Shown piece by piece: positions 16,161 through 33,335 of a stretch of DNA of 64,000 nt (within the stretch, counting starts at the first letter, position 1; each line of letters begins with the position of its first letter). The notes under the pieces were generated by a model. That model saw nothing but the letters and a program-made list of their open reading frames with translations, ran no database searches and was not told where the DNA came from. The position numbers and the translations under genes were made by a program. Source of the stretch: the human T2T-CHM13v2.0 reference genome, Homo sapiens; assembly GCF_009914755.1 (NCBI RefSeq), contig NC_060930.1, one strand, 5' to 3'.

Positions 16161-18505
16161 CAAACATACTTCCGAGATATTGCGGGGTCGGTTCCAGACC
16201 AATAAAGCCTGTCACACGATTTTTTTGGTTTCCCAGTGCATATAACAGTTGTATTTACACTGTATTGTAACCTATTAAGTGTGCAATAGCATTATGTGTA
16301 AAAAAAAATTACATGCTGTAATTTTAAAATATTTTATTGCTAAAAAATGCTACTAATCATCTCAGCCTTCAGCAAGTCCTAATCTTTTTGCTGGTGGAGG
16401 GTCTTGCTTGATGTTGATGGCTGTTGACCAATCAGGGTGATGGTTGCTGAAGATTGGAGTTGCTGTGGCAGTTTCTTAAAATAACAAAATAATGAATTTT
16501 GTACAGCAGTTGACTCTTCCATTCACTAAAGATTTCTCTGTAGCATGTGATGCTGTTTGAAAGCATTTTACCCACTGTAGAACTTCTTTCAAAATTAGAG
16601 TAAATCCTCTTAACCCCTACCATTGCTTTAGCAACTAAGGTTTTGTGATATTCTGAATTCTTTGTTGATATTTCAAGAATATTCACAGCATCTTCACCAG
16701 GGGTAGATTCCATCTCAAGAACTTCGCTCATTCATAAGAAGCAACTTCTTTTCCACTAGTTTTATCATGAGATTGCAGCAATTCAGGTACATCTTCAGGC
16801 TCCACTATTTCTCTTGCTATTGCCACCAGATCTTTCATCACTTCCTCCACTGAAGTCTTGAACAAAGTCATGACCTTTACAAAGTCATCCATGAGGGTTG
16901 GAATCAACTTTTTCCAGACTCCTGTTAATGTTGATATTTTGACCTCCTCCCGTGAATCATGAATGTTCTTACTAGCATTTGGGATGGTGAATCATTTCCA
17001 GAAGTTTTCAATTTATTTTGCCCAGATCCATCAGAGGAATCACTGTCTAGGGCAGCTATAGCTTTACAAAATGTATTTCTTAAATAATATAACTTGAAAG
17101 TCAAAATTATTCTTTGATTCATGGGCTGCAGAATGGATGTTGTGTTAGCAGACATGAAAACAGCATTAATCTCCTTGTACATCTCTATCAGAGCTCTTGG
17201 GTGACCAAGTACGTGGTCATTGAGCAGTATTATTTTGAAAGGAATCTTTTTGTGAGCTGTAGGTCTCAAAGATGGGCTTAAAATACTCAGTAAACCGTGC
17301 TGTAAACAGATGTGCTGTCACTCATGCTTTGTTCTTCCATTTCCAGAGCACAGACAGAGTAGATTTAAAAGAATAAGAGCCCTAGGATATTTCAGAATGG
17401 TCAATGAGCATTGGCTTCAAGTCACCACCCATATTAGCCCCTACAAGAGAGTCAGCCTGTCTTTTGAAGCTTTGAAGCCAGGCAATGACTTCTTTCTAGA
17501 TATGAAAGTCCTAGATAGCATCTTCCAATAGAAGGCTGTTTTGTCTTCATTGAAAATCTGTTGTTTAGTGTAGCCCCTTCATCAATTATCTTACCTAGAA
17601 CTGGATAACTTGCTGCAGCTTCTGCATCAGCACTTGCTGCTTCACTTTGTACTTTCATGTTATGCAGATAGCTTACTTCCTTAAACCTCAGGAACCAAGC
17701 TCTGCTAGCTTCAGGCTCTTTTGCTACAGCTTTCTCACCTCTCTCAGCTTTCATAGAATTGAAGTGAGTTAAGACCTTGCCATGAATTCGTCTTTGGTTT
17801 AAGGGCGTGTTGTGGCTAGTTTGATCTTCAATCCCGGACCACTCAAACTTTCTCCCTATCAGTAATAAGGCTGTTTTTGCTTTCTTATCATTCATGTCTT
17901 CACTGGAATAGCACTTTAAATTTCCTTCAAGAACTTTTCCTTTGCATTCACAGCTTGGCTAACTGGTGTAGTTTCCAGCCTATCTTGGCTTTTGACATGC
18001 CTACCTCACCTTGCTTAAACATTTCTAGCTTTTAATTTAAAGTGAGAGAGGTGTGATTTTTGCTTTCACTTGAACACTTAGAGGCCATTGTAGGGTTATT
18101 AAATGGCCTAATTTCAATATCATTGTGTCTCAGGGAATAGGGAGGCCTAAGGAGAGGGAGAGAGGCAGGGAACAGCCAGTTGGTGGAGCAGTCAAAACAC
18201 AACGCAACATTTACCTATTAAGTTCTCTGTCTGATATTGGCATGGTTCATGGTGCCCTAAAACAATTACAGAGTAACATCAATCACCATAACAGATATAA
18301 TAATGAAAAGGTTTGAAATATTGTGAGAGTTATCAAAATATGACACAGAAATGTGAAGAGTGAGCACAATCTGTTGGAAAAATGGCATCAATATAGTTGT
18401 TCAGTGCAGGCTTGCCACAAACCTTTAGTTTGTAAGACAACAACAACAAAATACAGTGTCTGCGAGGCTCAATAAAGTGAAACACAATAAAAAGAGTTAT
18501 GCCTG
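16161..18505 (-). mobile_element. Tigger1 (pogo/TcMar) near full length, decayed transposase
   Basis: TA-flanked TIRs (ta|caaacatact... and ...tatgcctg|ta); minus-strand ORF fragments 16432-17895 with pogo motifs ([20 protein letters not shown]). Confidence 0.92.
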
Positions 18506-18960
18506 TACATTCTTACCCATAGCACAAACCAGTTTAAGACAGTCATTCGCTCACTTGCCTCTTTATAACATTTATAAATACACATAGTAATTATTTTCAT
18601 ATCTGTCTCTACCTGTGCACTATCACTAAGCTGTGGTTTCCCTTGGATCTAAGAATGGGACAAAATACCTATTCATTTTTATATGCACTGTGAGTAGCCC
18701 AGAAGTGATAGAAACAATGTCTTTTGTTTATTGGATTCTTACTATGTCTCAAATACCGTTCTAGGTGGTTTATATATTCTTTGTTACATCATTTTTGCTT
18801 TACAAAAGCCTTTAATGTTAGTACTTTTATTAATCGTTTTACTAATGGGGAAAATGAGTTAATTTACTGGCCCAAAGATATACAGTTAATTAAGTGGCAG
18901 GGCTAGATTTGGAGCTTGAACAATTTACCCTCGTTGCAGGACTGCTCTTAACCATTATGG

Positions 18961-19178
18961 TAGTGTTCTCAACCTGGGTTGATTTTGACCCAGGAGACAT
19001 TTGGCAATGTCTGGAAACAATTTTGATTGGCTCTACTCAGGGGTTGGAAGTATTCTAGCATCTGACGGTCTACGTAGACCCAAGCATGCTGCTAAACATC
19101 CTACAATACACACCACAGTCTCCACAACAAAGAATGATCCATCTAAAATGTTAATAGTGCTGAGGTTGAGAAACTTTG
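18961..19178. mobile_element. MER20-like hAT element
   Basis: TIRs gttctcaacct ... aggttgagaaac; internal gacatttggcaatgtctgga. Confidence 0.75.
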
Positions 19179-20341
19179 TGCTATAGTCTAGTGCCTCAAG
19201 TAGGTTTCATTGTTAACAGTACTTCTCAAACTCTGTTAGACCAGTTTTGCTTTTTATTTCTAATCAGTCATAACTGATACTTTTGTAAAATGCAATTAAA
19301 AATCAATTATTAGTCAAACTCCCTTGTGGTATAATACCAGGAGTGAACTCTGATGTAAACAATGGATTTTGGGTAATATGATGTGTCAACAATTACAGCA
19401 AATGTACCAGTTTGGTGTGTGATGTTAATACTAGAGGTTGCAGGGAATGGGGAAGGGCAGGGATTATATAAGAAGTTTCTGTATGTTTTGCTCAATTTTC
19501 TGTAAACCTAAAACTGTTCTGAAAAAAGTCTTTTTTAAAAAAATACTAATTACTAGAAAATGATATGGCAAAGACAAGGCTAATTATTTTATGATAAGGT
19601 TCAATGTGCATAAAATTACTCTATCAAATTGCTACAAAAGTTTCTAAATGATTACCTTCAATTTCCACACTTGATTATGGCAAACAGTTTGAATGAGATT
19701 TGGAGTAGCGCTAAATTACATGTTATTTTAATAAAGAATATCAAGAAGAAAATGATTAATGGACCCAAGCTATAAATAAGTACCAAATGAGACAGAGCAA
19801 AAGAGCCACAGACTTAGAGAGAAATGAAGTAGAATAGTTAGGAAGATTTTGAAAAGAAGGTGGCTCATGATCTGAGAGGGTGGGCAGAGACAGAAGAGAG
19901 CTGCTCAGGTAGAAGGTACAGTGTATGTTTGGGAGGCAGAATTACTCAAAGTGTGTTCAGGAAATCATCAAATCTAGCTAGAGAGGGAGATTTGATTAAG
20001 GAGTAGTAGGAGAGAAGTATGAAAAGGTAGGCAGAGTTAGGTTGGTAAGGACTAAAAATGGCATGGTAAAGAGTTTGAATGTTACACAGAACGTATTGGG
20101 GTAAATTTTTTACTCAATTAATTTGTTCCAAAATTTGGGATTGGGAGGGACTAGGCAGGGCTTGCTCATGTCTTGTCCACACAGTGTGGGCTGCAGCATA
20201 TTGACTTAGGTACATGTACCAGACTGGCCAGTTGGTGCTGGCTCTTGGCTGGGAGCTCAGCTAAGACTTTCCTGGGGTTTCAGTTCCTCTCGGTGTTGGC
20301 CTTCCTCCTATGGTGGTGGCTGGGTTATAAGAGCAAGTGTT

Positions 20342-20695
<354 letters not shown>

Positions 20696-22207
20696 CTAGA
20701 ACAGAATCACTTCTACTATATTCTACTGCTCAAACAGCTTCAGAGTCTGCCAAGATTTAAGACAAGGGAACATAGACCTTACTGCTCATTAACAATCATG
20801 AGAAGGAATGTGTACCATTTTTAATCTAAAATCTCAGCTGTTACTTGTCCCTTCACCTGGATGCTCTTATTCAGTGAACAACTTGAACTATTGTACATGT
20901 CAGCCCTTCCAGGAGAGATCTACAAGTGAAATTCTGTCATGTGGATGGGTTTTTAAGTAGGGGAAGTATAAGGGTGTAGATGTAAAGTTGAGGTAATTAG
21001 GCATTTTAGAAATTGAACACAAGATAGAGAATGAGTGTTTGGTAAGGTATCACATTGTTCAAGAGCAGGGTAAAGTGATATTTTGACTTCCACTGCTTTT
21101 TGTAACTGGTGTGATATGTGGTTGCTAAATGTAGTTTGTGATCTTTCTGTTAATTCTTTCCCAATTTTTTTTCCAGTCTTGTGTGGAGGGGAGTTTGAAG
21201 CTTTTAACGTTTGAGAGGATAGATTTATCATTGTCTTTCTCTAAATCTGCACATATATTTAAACTGTATCAGTATAATAATTCTGAATGTTTAGAAAATA
21301 AATGATGAATAATTTATCTGTATATCTAGCTATGGCTAATATGTGTATATGTTTATATGTGTATATATATATTTTCTAGGCATATATAGCTAATATGTGC
21401 ATATACATATTTCCTTGTATACTGCACCTAACTTCTATCCACTTCTTATGGTGTAATGCAAGAATAAGTATTTCATTCTTCTGTTCCTTTTATCAGAAAT
21501 TAGTTTGGTAATAAAAGAGGGAAAATTACTCTAAATTTTATCAACATCCCCATTTCCAATCCCATGTCTGTTTTGTAATTTGTGGGAGGGCAGGGTATTC
21601 AGTACATTTCTGTACTCTTGTTAAAATGCACATAGCCCAGATAGGATTGCAGTTTAAATTCTTAATAGTGTCAGACTAACACATGAATTTCCACATAGAT
21701 TGATGGTATAATCCTAAAAAGTGTCTCCTTCCATTTTTGGCAAAAATTGGGTAATGGTAAATTTATTACTTAAAATAACAAGACCTAGGCTTTACTCCTT
21801 GAACTGACATTATCTGTGACTACTTTATATTTCTATTTCCTTGGACTTAAACATGGAGAGGATGTTATCATACGATAGAGTATAAAATAAGAGATACAAA
21901 AGCATTTTTAAATGATTTTCTAAAATCCATACAAACGGAAGTTAATTTCTAGGAATGAAATTGAATTAGATATCCTTATTCTGATAAGAGTGAAAATTAT
22001 TTCTTTTAAAAAATGCTTGTTTAAAAGCATACAATACTATCCCCAAACTTTTATTATGATTTTTCTTTAAAAAAAAAAAAAAAGAGAATGTGGAACATTT
22101 ACAGGATAGTTTTTTAAACAAAACATTGTGCAAGGCTTTAGCTTTTTTTGTATTATTTTCATCTTTACAGATTTTTTTTTTTTTCGAAGCACTGTGTTTA
22201 GATCAAG

Positions 22208-22309
22208 ATGTCTGGTAAAGCAAATGCTTCCAAGAAAAACGCTCAACAGTTAAAAAGAAATCCAAAGAGAAAAAAGGATAATGAGGAAGTTGTGTTGTCA
22301 GAGAATAAG
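22208..22309 (+). CDS. CENPQ: Centromere protein Q exon 2 coding part (probable acceptor at 22190)
   Basis: AAGATGT start; [34 protein letters not shown]; donor AAG|gtaatg. Confidence 0.96.
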
Positions 22310-22352
22310 GTAATGAAAATATCAAGTTTCTCATTTAGAAATCTTCAACTGT

Positions 22353-22677
<325 letters not shown>

Positions 22678-23004
22678 GTTTCAGGTTTTACCCTACTCAT
22701 TAGGCAATGCCTATATTTGTATATAACATTATTTCTTAGGCAAAGTGAGTAATAATTCATTTAAAACATTCTTTGACACTGTATAAAATTCTGTTATTAT
22801 CATCATTGTCAAGAATTGCTTTAGTATGTCCTCTCTGTGATAAATATACACCATTTTTCTTTAGAAGTAGCAACATACATTTTTTCTATGTACTAGAAAT
22901 TATATGAATACTCTTTGACATATATAAAAATCTATTGTAAAAGCAGGATCCTTTTATCTGATGTTTAATTCTGTTTATGTTTATGCATGTGTTTTTCCCT
23001 CTAG

Positions 23005-23059
23005 GTTAGAAACACAGTGAAAAAAAATAAAAATCATCTGAAAGATCTGTCTTCTGAAG
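23005..23059 (+). CDS. CENPQ: CENPQ exon 3 (55 bp)
   Basis: ctag|GTTAGA...GAAG|gtattt; VRNTVKKNKNHLKDLSSE. Confidence 0.95.
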
Positions 23060-24093
23060 GTATTTCTTTTCTATTACCTTGTTTAACCTGCTTCTATATC
23101 AAGCTATATCTACATTCGTGAAAAAATGTTCAGCATCTTGTTTATGAGTTCTGCAAAAGATAGTAATAAACAACTACATTTGCATTTTTGTAAGAATATG
23201 TAGTAGTGGTTAGTTATTTTGGTCAACTGAAATTTTACTTAGCACCTCTGACGAAATACTGTAGAGGCTTCAATGCCACTGAGTTGATAGGAAATAGAGA
23301 AACTCAAAGTGGCCCACAGCCTGAATTATTAGTGATCTGTGATATAAATACAAATGTACTAATTTTTCTTCAAGACAAATATGCTTTCTGTTCTGTATAG
23401 ATTAGTTTGGAACCATTATTATAAGTTTGTTTGGAGTAAACTAGTTTAGAGTAGTTGCCTTTGCTTAAACATCACTGTTTCATGGAAGGATTCTCTACGT
23501 CTCCTCAGCCAACACTAGGTTAGGTCCTCTGGTTTTATACTGCCATAGTGTACAATACTTTTTTTTCCTTTTGTATGCTTTGCACACCTATAATTTGTTC
23601 AATATCCCTTCTCTCCAACACTCATTTTCATGAGATCCAGTACTATTTCTTCTTTTTTTTAATACCTAATAAGTAGAACAGTACCAACAGCATAGTTGAC
23701 ACTATCTATTTGTGGTTTGATTAGTCTGTTTTGTTCCAGTTGCCATCCAACATTTGGAAAATAGTTTCCTGGTCCTCTCAATGAAATGTTTAAAGAATTT
23801 AGGCCATTTCTGAGAATGAAACTTTTCATAATTAAAGTTTGATTCTTCATTTAAAATTATTTCTATTATCACTTGGTAGTATTTCTGTTAACTTATCAAT
23901 AGAAAGCATATTCATATTCAACACCTGGGATGTTACAGCTGTGTGATAAAAAGTAAATTAAACAGTTTATACAGCTTTATAATATTTTGTTCTGATAATT
24001 TCATAAGCTTTTTTAGATGAAAACATTCCATTTTTAAGCAAAAACATGTAAAACATCTAGATTGATCAGAGCCTCTTCTATTACTAACGACAG

Positions 24094-24214
24094 GACAAAC
24101 AAAGCACACTAACCTAAAACACGGAAAGACAGCAGCCAGCAAGAGAAAAACCTGGCAACCTCTGTCAAAGAGTACCAGAGACCATTTGCAAACTATGATG
24201 GAATCAGTAATAAT
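24094..24214 (+). CDS. CENPQ: CENPQ exon 4 (121 bp)
   Basis: cag|GACAA...ATAAT|gtgagt; GQTKHTNLKHGKTAASKRKTWQPLSKSTRDHLQTMMESVI; keeps the frame. Confidence 0.94.
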
Positions 24215-24820
24215 GTGAGTATAAAATTGTTCCATTTCATTCTTTTGGTTCCCATTTAGGTGTTTCCTATGGATATTATTCTTTTAAATATTGCTATCTA
24301 TTTTAAGGTAATAGAGTATATTTCTATTTCGGAAGCAGATAAAATTAATGTGACGGTATTTGCCTTCAGCAGAAAAGTCTTTGTTAATTTTAGAAACCTG
24401 AAATTCCATCGGTGAAATAAAAGCAAGTGTTTGTGGCCTGACTTGCTATCAATAAAATTTTAATTTTTGTCAATAGAGATTCTTTAGGAAGAAGTTGAGT
24501 TCAAAGTGACACTTTACATAGAAGCTACCACACTGGAGGGGATACAGAGAAAATAAGACAGAATTCTGCCATTGTGGAGCAAATTCTATCAGAAGAGCCA
24601 GGCATGTAACTTATTACAATACAGTGTGGCAAAATATATATATAAGAAGAATTTTTTCATTGTACTTCTGTTTAAAGTGTCTTTAATATGAAAGGAAAAG
24701 TGATTGATTTTGCCTGGCTAGTGGGGAGGGGTACTTGAGAGAAATCAGAGAGAAAAAGTACAAAGAGTATATGATTTGTGCATCAGACTACTATTTATTC
24801 CATCTTTTTTTCTTTTCTAG

Positions 24821-24889
24821 GACAATTTTGAGTAACAGTATTAAAGAAAAAGAAGAAATACAATACCATCTCAACTTCCTGAAGAAAAG
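24821..24889 (+). CDS. CENPQ: CENPQ exon 5 (69 bp)
   Basis: ttctag|GACAAT...AAAAG|gtaata; TILSNSIKEKEEIQYHLNFLKK. Confidence 0.95.
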
Positions 24890-25445
24890 GTAATACTATT
24901 GCATAATTAAAATGATTAAAACATAATTTTTAAAAACCTGACTTCTTTCTATGTTGCCAAATAGACACTTGTGGAATGTAAGTTTTTCTTTTTTTTTAGA
25001 GAAGGTGAACAACTTGGAAGTATGTTTTCTCTTTTTTCTAAACTGCTGCTCCACATGTTTCTCAAATAAGTTTCAGGGGAACTTACAAAAAAAACCCTGA
25101 AAATCACGAAATTCTGTTTCCACAGTTCACTCTTCCATATCAGAATTTGAAAACAGTTTTGTCAACTTGAACTCCCTTCAACTTCATTTTTAATAATTTG
25201 AAGTTAATAGTTCACAACTCTTATCTATCTGATATTTACCCTATTGCTGTGTTTTTCCACTTCATATTGTCTTAAATTATTTGCATGAGCAACAAGTATA
25301 ATTTTCTAAGATATTATTGCTCTTCATCTTATGGTAAATCACCAATGGAGATTTCTTCTCAGGAGTTCTTAAAAGGCACACCACTGCCTGTGATTTTCAA
25401 TAATTACTTTTCTCTAGTATTTACACAACTTTTTCTTTTTATAAG

Positions 25446-29611
<4,166 letters not shown>

Positions 29612-30356
29612 GAAAATGTTCTGTTTCTCAGTTTCAAGTTTGCCTAGAAATATTTGTGACCTATTTTAAGGAATTCTTTTGAGTACAAATTCTATTTAGT
29701 TTTTCTTTAAATATAATTTTCAACCCACAATAGCCAAGTAGAAAGAGTGAATCAGATGGGTTGGGTCAGGGTGGGAGTTTGCTGAGAAAGGTTTAACAAA
29801 TTAAAAACTGCTAGAAGCAGGCTTGTAAATTGCTTAAAGGTATAGCAGCCTATTATTAAAGAAGGAAGAAGATATTAAAAAGATAATAAGCTAATACAAG
29901 TATAATGAAAATGTAGCTGTTTAGGATCTTTTTAATATAGAACAAATACTAATGTTTAGTTTATGAATGTGACTATTACATAATAGTTGCTGTTCATAGT
30001 GATCACCTTGGTTCATTGGAAAAGATTATATTCAACAGATAGGCAGTCTCTTTGTCATGTAACAGCTATGGAGTACATACATTTCAAGGCCTGACTATTT
30101 CCTCCTTATTTTTACTTTCACAGCTTGCTTTCTTTAGTTCCTGAAGTCACCATACCCAAGATACAGTTACTTCTACCAATACAACAAAGTACAACATTAG
30201 CAAACTGATCCTAATTGGAACTCTAAATACATTTTTCTGTAGCAGTGTTTCTGAAAGTATATTTGAAACACTTGTTCTTACAGATAGTCTATGGATAAAA
30301 GTAACCTATGGTGAATTATATTTGGGTACCTTAGCATGTAAGAAGCCCTGCAGTAA

Positions 30357-30490
30357 ATAAATCTATTTCATTTTCTTTAAGCTAGCATCTCCCAAATTGC
30401 TATTTCTGGGAACTCATTTTCATATAAATCTATTTCATTTTCTTTAACCTAGCATCTCCCAAATTGATATTTCTGGGAAGTCATTTTCAT
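30357..30490 (+). repeat. 67-bp tandem duplication (2 copies, 3 mismatches)
   Basis: ataaatctatttcattttctttaa(g/c)ctagcatctcccaaattg(c/a)tatttctgggaa(c/g)tcattttcat x2. Confidence 0.95.
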
Positions 30491-31246
30491 ATATTAGTCT
30501 CATCTCTGCTTTTGACTAAACGTTAGCTTCATTATTTTCATTTTTTAGTTTTCAGTTCTTACTAGATTACAGCTATAGTCATAGGCAGCTTCCTGTGTAT
30601 ATCATTTTAGCCTGGCGAAGAAAGAGGAAAAAGACGATTCTTACCCCTTAGCTTCAGTTAGAAAATTCTAGGAGATGGTTTCTGATTTGCTGAGCTTAGG
30701 TGATATACACCTATTCTTGGCGTGATTTTGTGACAAGAGCTACCATGGATATGATTGATATAGACTGGATTATATACCTAGCCCCATGATTACACAGACA
30801 AGTTTGCTAGGCAAACAAAACTATTCACCATTACAATTCTAAAGGAACATACTTCCAGAAAGTCTGCCCTATAGAAACAATGTTATAAGTGGTGATTAAA
30901 TGTTGCTGATATAATAGGATATATTCAAGCCATGGTTTTAGTTTCTAAGAGTTAGTGAGACTCTTGGAAATCTAACTGCTATTTAGAACATTTGGAGCAG
31001 TGAATGACTCTTCCACATAATTGGTTTAATAAACATATAGAAGAAACTTCATAATTAAAATATTTTTGTTAAGAAAATAAAAAACTTATTCCTCTTAGGA
31101 AAGCTTAGGCAGATAGTTTGTGTTTAAATGTGATAGCCTAATGATGATTTTTCTAAATAACTAGAGTTTGTCTTAACAGTTTAATGAGAATTATGATTTG
31201 TGGGGTTTTTGCTGCCTACTTTTTTCTTTACAAAAATTAAAATTTT

Positions 31247-32134
31247 ATTTGCAAACAATGCATCAAACGAAGGTCTGTATCAAGACTCTATTAGAAACTT
31301 AAACAAATTAGCGAGCAAAAAACCAACAATCCTATTAAAAAGTGGGCAAAGGACATGAACAGACACTTTTCAAAAGAAAACATACATGCGGCCAACAAAC
31401 ATGAAAAAAATGCTCTCAACATCACTAATTACTAGAGAAATGCAAATGAAAACCACAATGAGATACCATCTTAAACCAGTCAAAATGGCTGTTATTAAAA
31501 AGTCAAAAAGTAACAGATGCTGGGAGGTTGCCAAGAAAAGGGAATGCTTATAAACTTCTAGTGGGAATGTAAATTAGTTCAACCATTGTGGAAAGCAGTT
31601 TGGCAGATTCTCAACTTAAAACAGAACTACCATCCAACCCAGCAATCCCATTAGTGGGTATATACCTGAAGGAATATAAATTGTTATAAAGACACATGCA
31701 CACTTATGTTTACCACAGAACTATTCACAATTGCAAAGACATAGAATCAACCTAAAGGCCTATCAGTGGTAGATTAGATAAAGAAAATGTAGTACATATA
31801 AAACTTGGAATGCTATGCAGCCATAAAAGAATGAGATCATGTCCTTTGCAGCAACACGGTTGGAGCTAGAGGTCATTATCCTAAGCAAACTAACACAGGA
31901 ACAGAAAACCACATAGTGCATTTTCTCACAAGTGGGAGCTAAACATTGAATATATATGGACACAAAGAAGGGAACAAAGATACCAGGGCCTACTTGCGGG
32001 AGGAGAGTGAGGGTTGAGAAACTACCTATCAGGTACTATGCTTATTACCTGGGTGAAAAAATAATCTGTACACCAAAGCCCCACAACATTTGCCTACATA
32101 ACCTGCATATGTATTCCTGAATCTAAAATAAAAG
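31247..32134 (+). mobile_element. Older L1 (L1PA-late/L1PB-type) 3' fragment
   Basis: ORF2 C-terminal and 3'UTR similarity to the upstream L1, ending in aaaataaaag. Confidence 0.85.
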
Positions 32135-32981
32135 ATTTTTTTTTAATTAAGATTTTTAACCAGATCCCAAAAGTGGGATAGTGGGTTCCACTATTGTTCA
32201 GATTTCTTCAAATCTTAAGTAGTAGAACTTTTTAGAACCCAAAGATACTGCTGTTATAAAGGGAATCAAATTTAGCTTTTCCTCCTCATAAAATTCAAGA
32301 ATCAAATCTGGGAAAGCTATTTTGCAGTCTGCCAGATGTGATGATAGAAATAGATGTTTCTACTGGTGATCAACTCAAATTTGTAAAAGAATTTTTTAAC
32401 TTTAATATTAAATGCCATTCATGTTTATAGAATTTTTGAGCAATGCACTTTGATCTTAGTGTTTTATTTGCCTTAAACTCTATAGAACTCAGTTTTCTTT
32501 GAAATCATTTAGAATAACTAATGTAAATCTTCTCTATTTTTGATCACATTCTCTAAAATAATTGAGATTTGGGGTCCAGGGTCATAGTTAAGACTTCTAG
32601 ACTAGTGTTCTGTCTCTCAACCAATAATTCACAATGTATAATAGACTCATGTAGTGTAATAGTCTAGAAAACATCTGGATGATAAAAGGAAATTTTGGTT
32701 TTAAAATGTATATAAATTGTCAAATGTGTAAGATAGAAAATTTGCTTTTAGTAAAGTAGCCCCAGTGTCCCTTAATTTGAGGTAAATCTTAATAAATTGA
32801 AAGGCTAAATGATGATTTGTCAGGGCTTTTAGAGGGGGAGATTTACTGGCAATGTTACCCAGTGGTAATAAAAGAATATTGTACCCTTAAGAATATGAGG
32901 ACAAGAAAAAATGAGGACTGTTTTAAAATAATAATAGTACTCAAAAATAAACAAAATAATTGTTTTTATTTTATCCTTAAG

Positions 32982-33111
32982 ATTGCTACAACAGTGTGAA
33001 ACTCTGAAAGTCCCTCCCAAAAAGATGGAAGATTTAACTAATGTATCAAGTCTACTGAATATGGAAAGGGCACGAGACAAAGCTAATGAAGAAGGTCTGG
33101 CATTACTACAG
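32982..33111 (+). CDS. CENPQ: CENPQ exon 6 (130 bp)
   Basis: taag|ATTGCT...CAG|gtatga; LLQQCETLKVPPKKMEDLTNVSSLLNMERARDKANEEGLALLQ. Confidence 0.95.
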
Positions 33112-33335
33112 GTATGAAATTTGAATAGGGAATCCATAATTAGAGAGTTAGGGAAAGGGAAGAAGACCAAAGTTTTTAAAATTATCATGATGTTCTTCCA
33201 GTAGTGAATACTAGATCTTGAACCAGGTTTTTTCATTAAATTGTTTTTTTGTTGTTGTTTTCATTAAAGCAAAAATTTGTCTGAACTTGGCACCTCTAAA
33301 GTTGAAGTATTTCTAATATATTTGTGGTTAAGTAG

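Noticed and set aside
32970-32982. TCCTTAAG at the CENPQ exon 6 acceptor resembling a U12 branch site
   Set aside because: It overlaps the AG itself, and the intron 5 donor (GTAATA) is U2-type, not GTATCCTT
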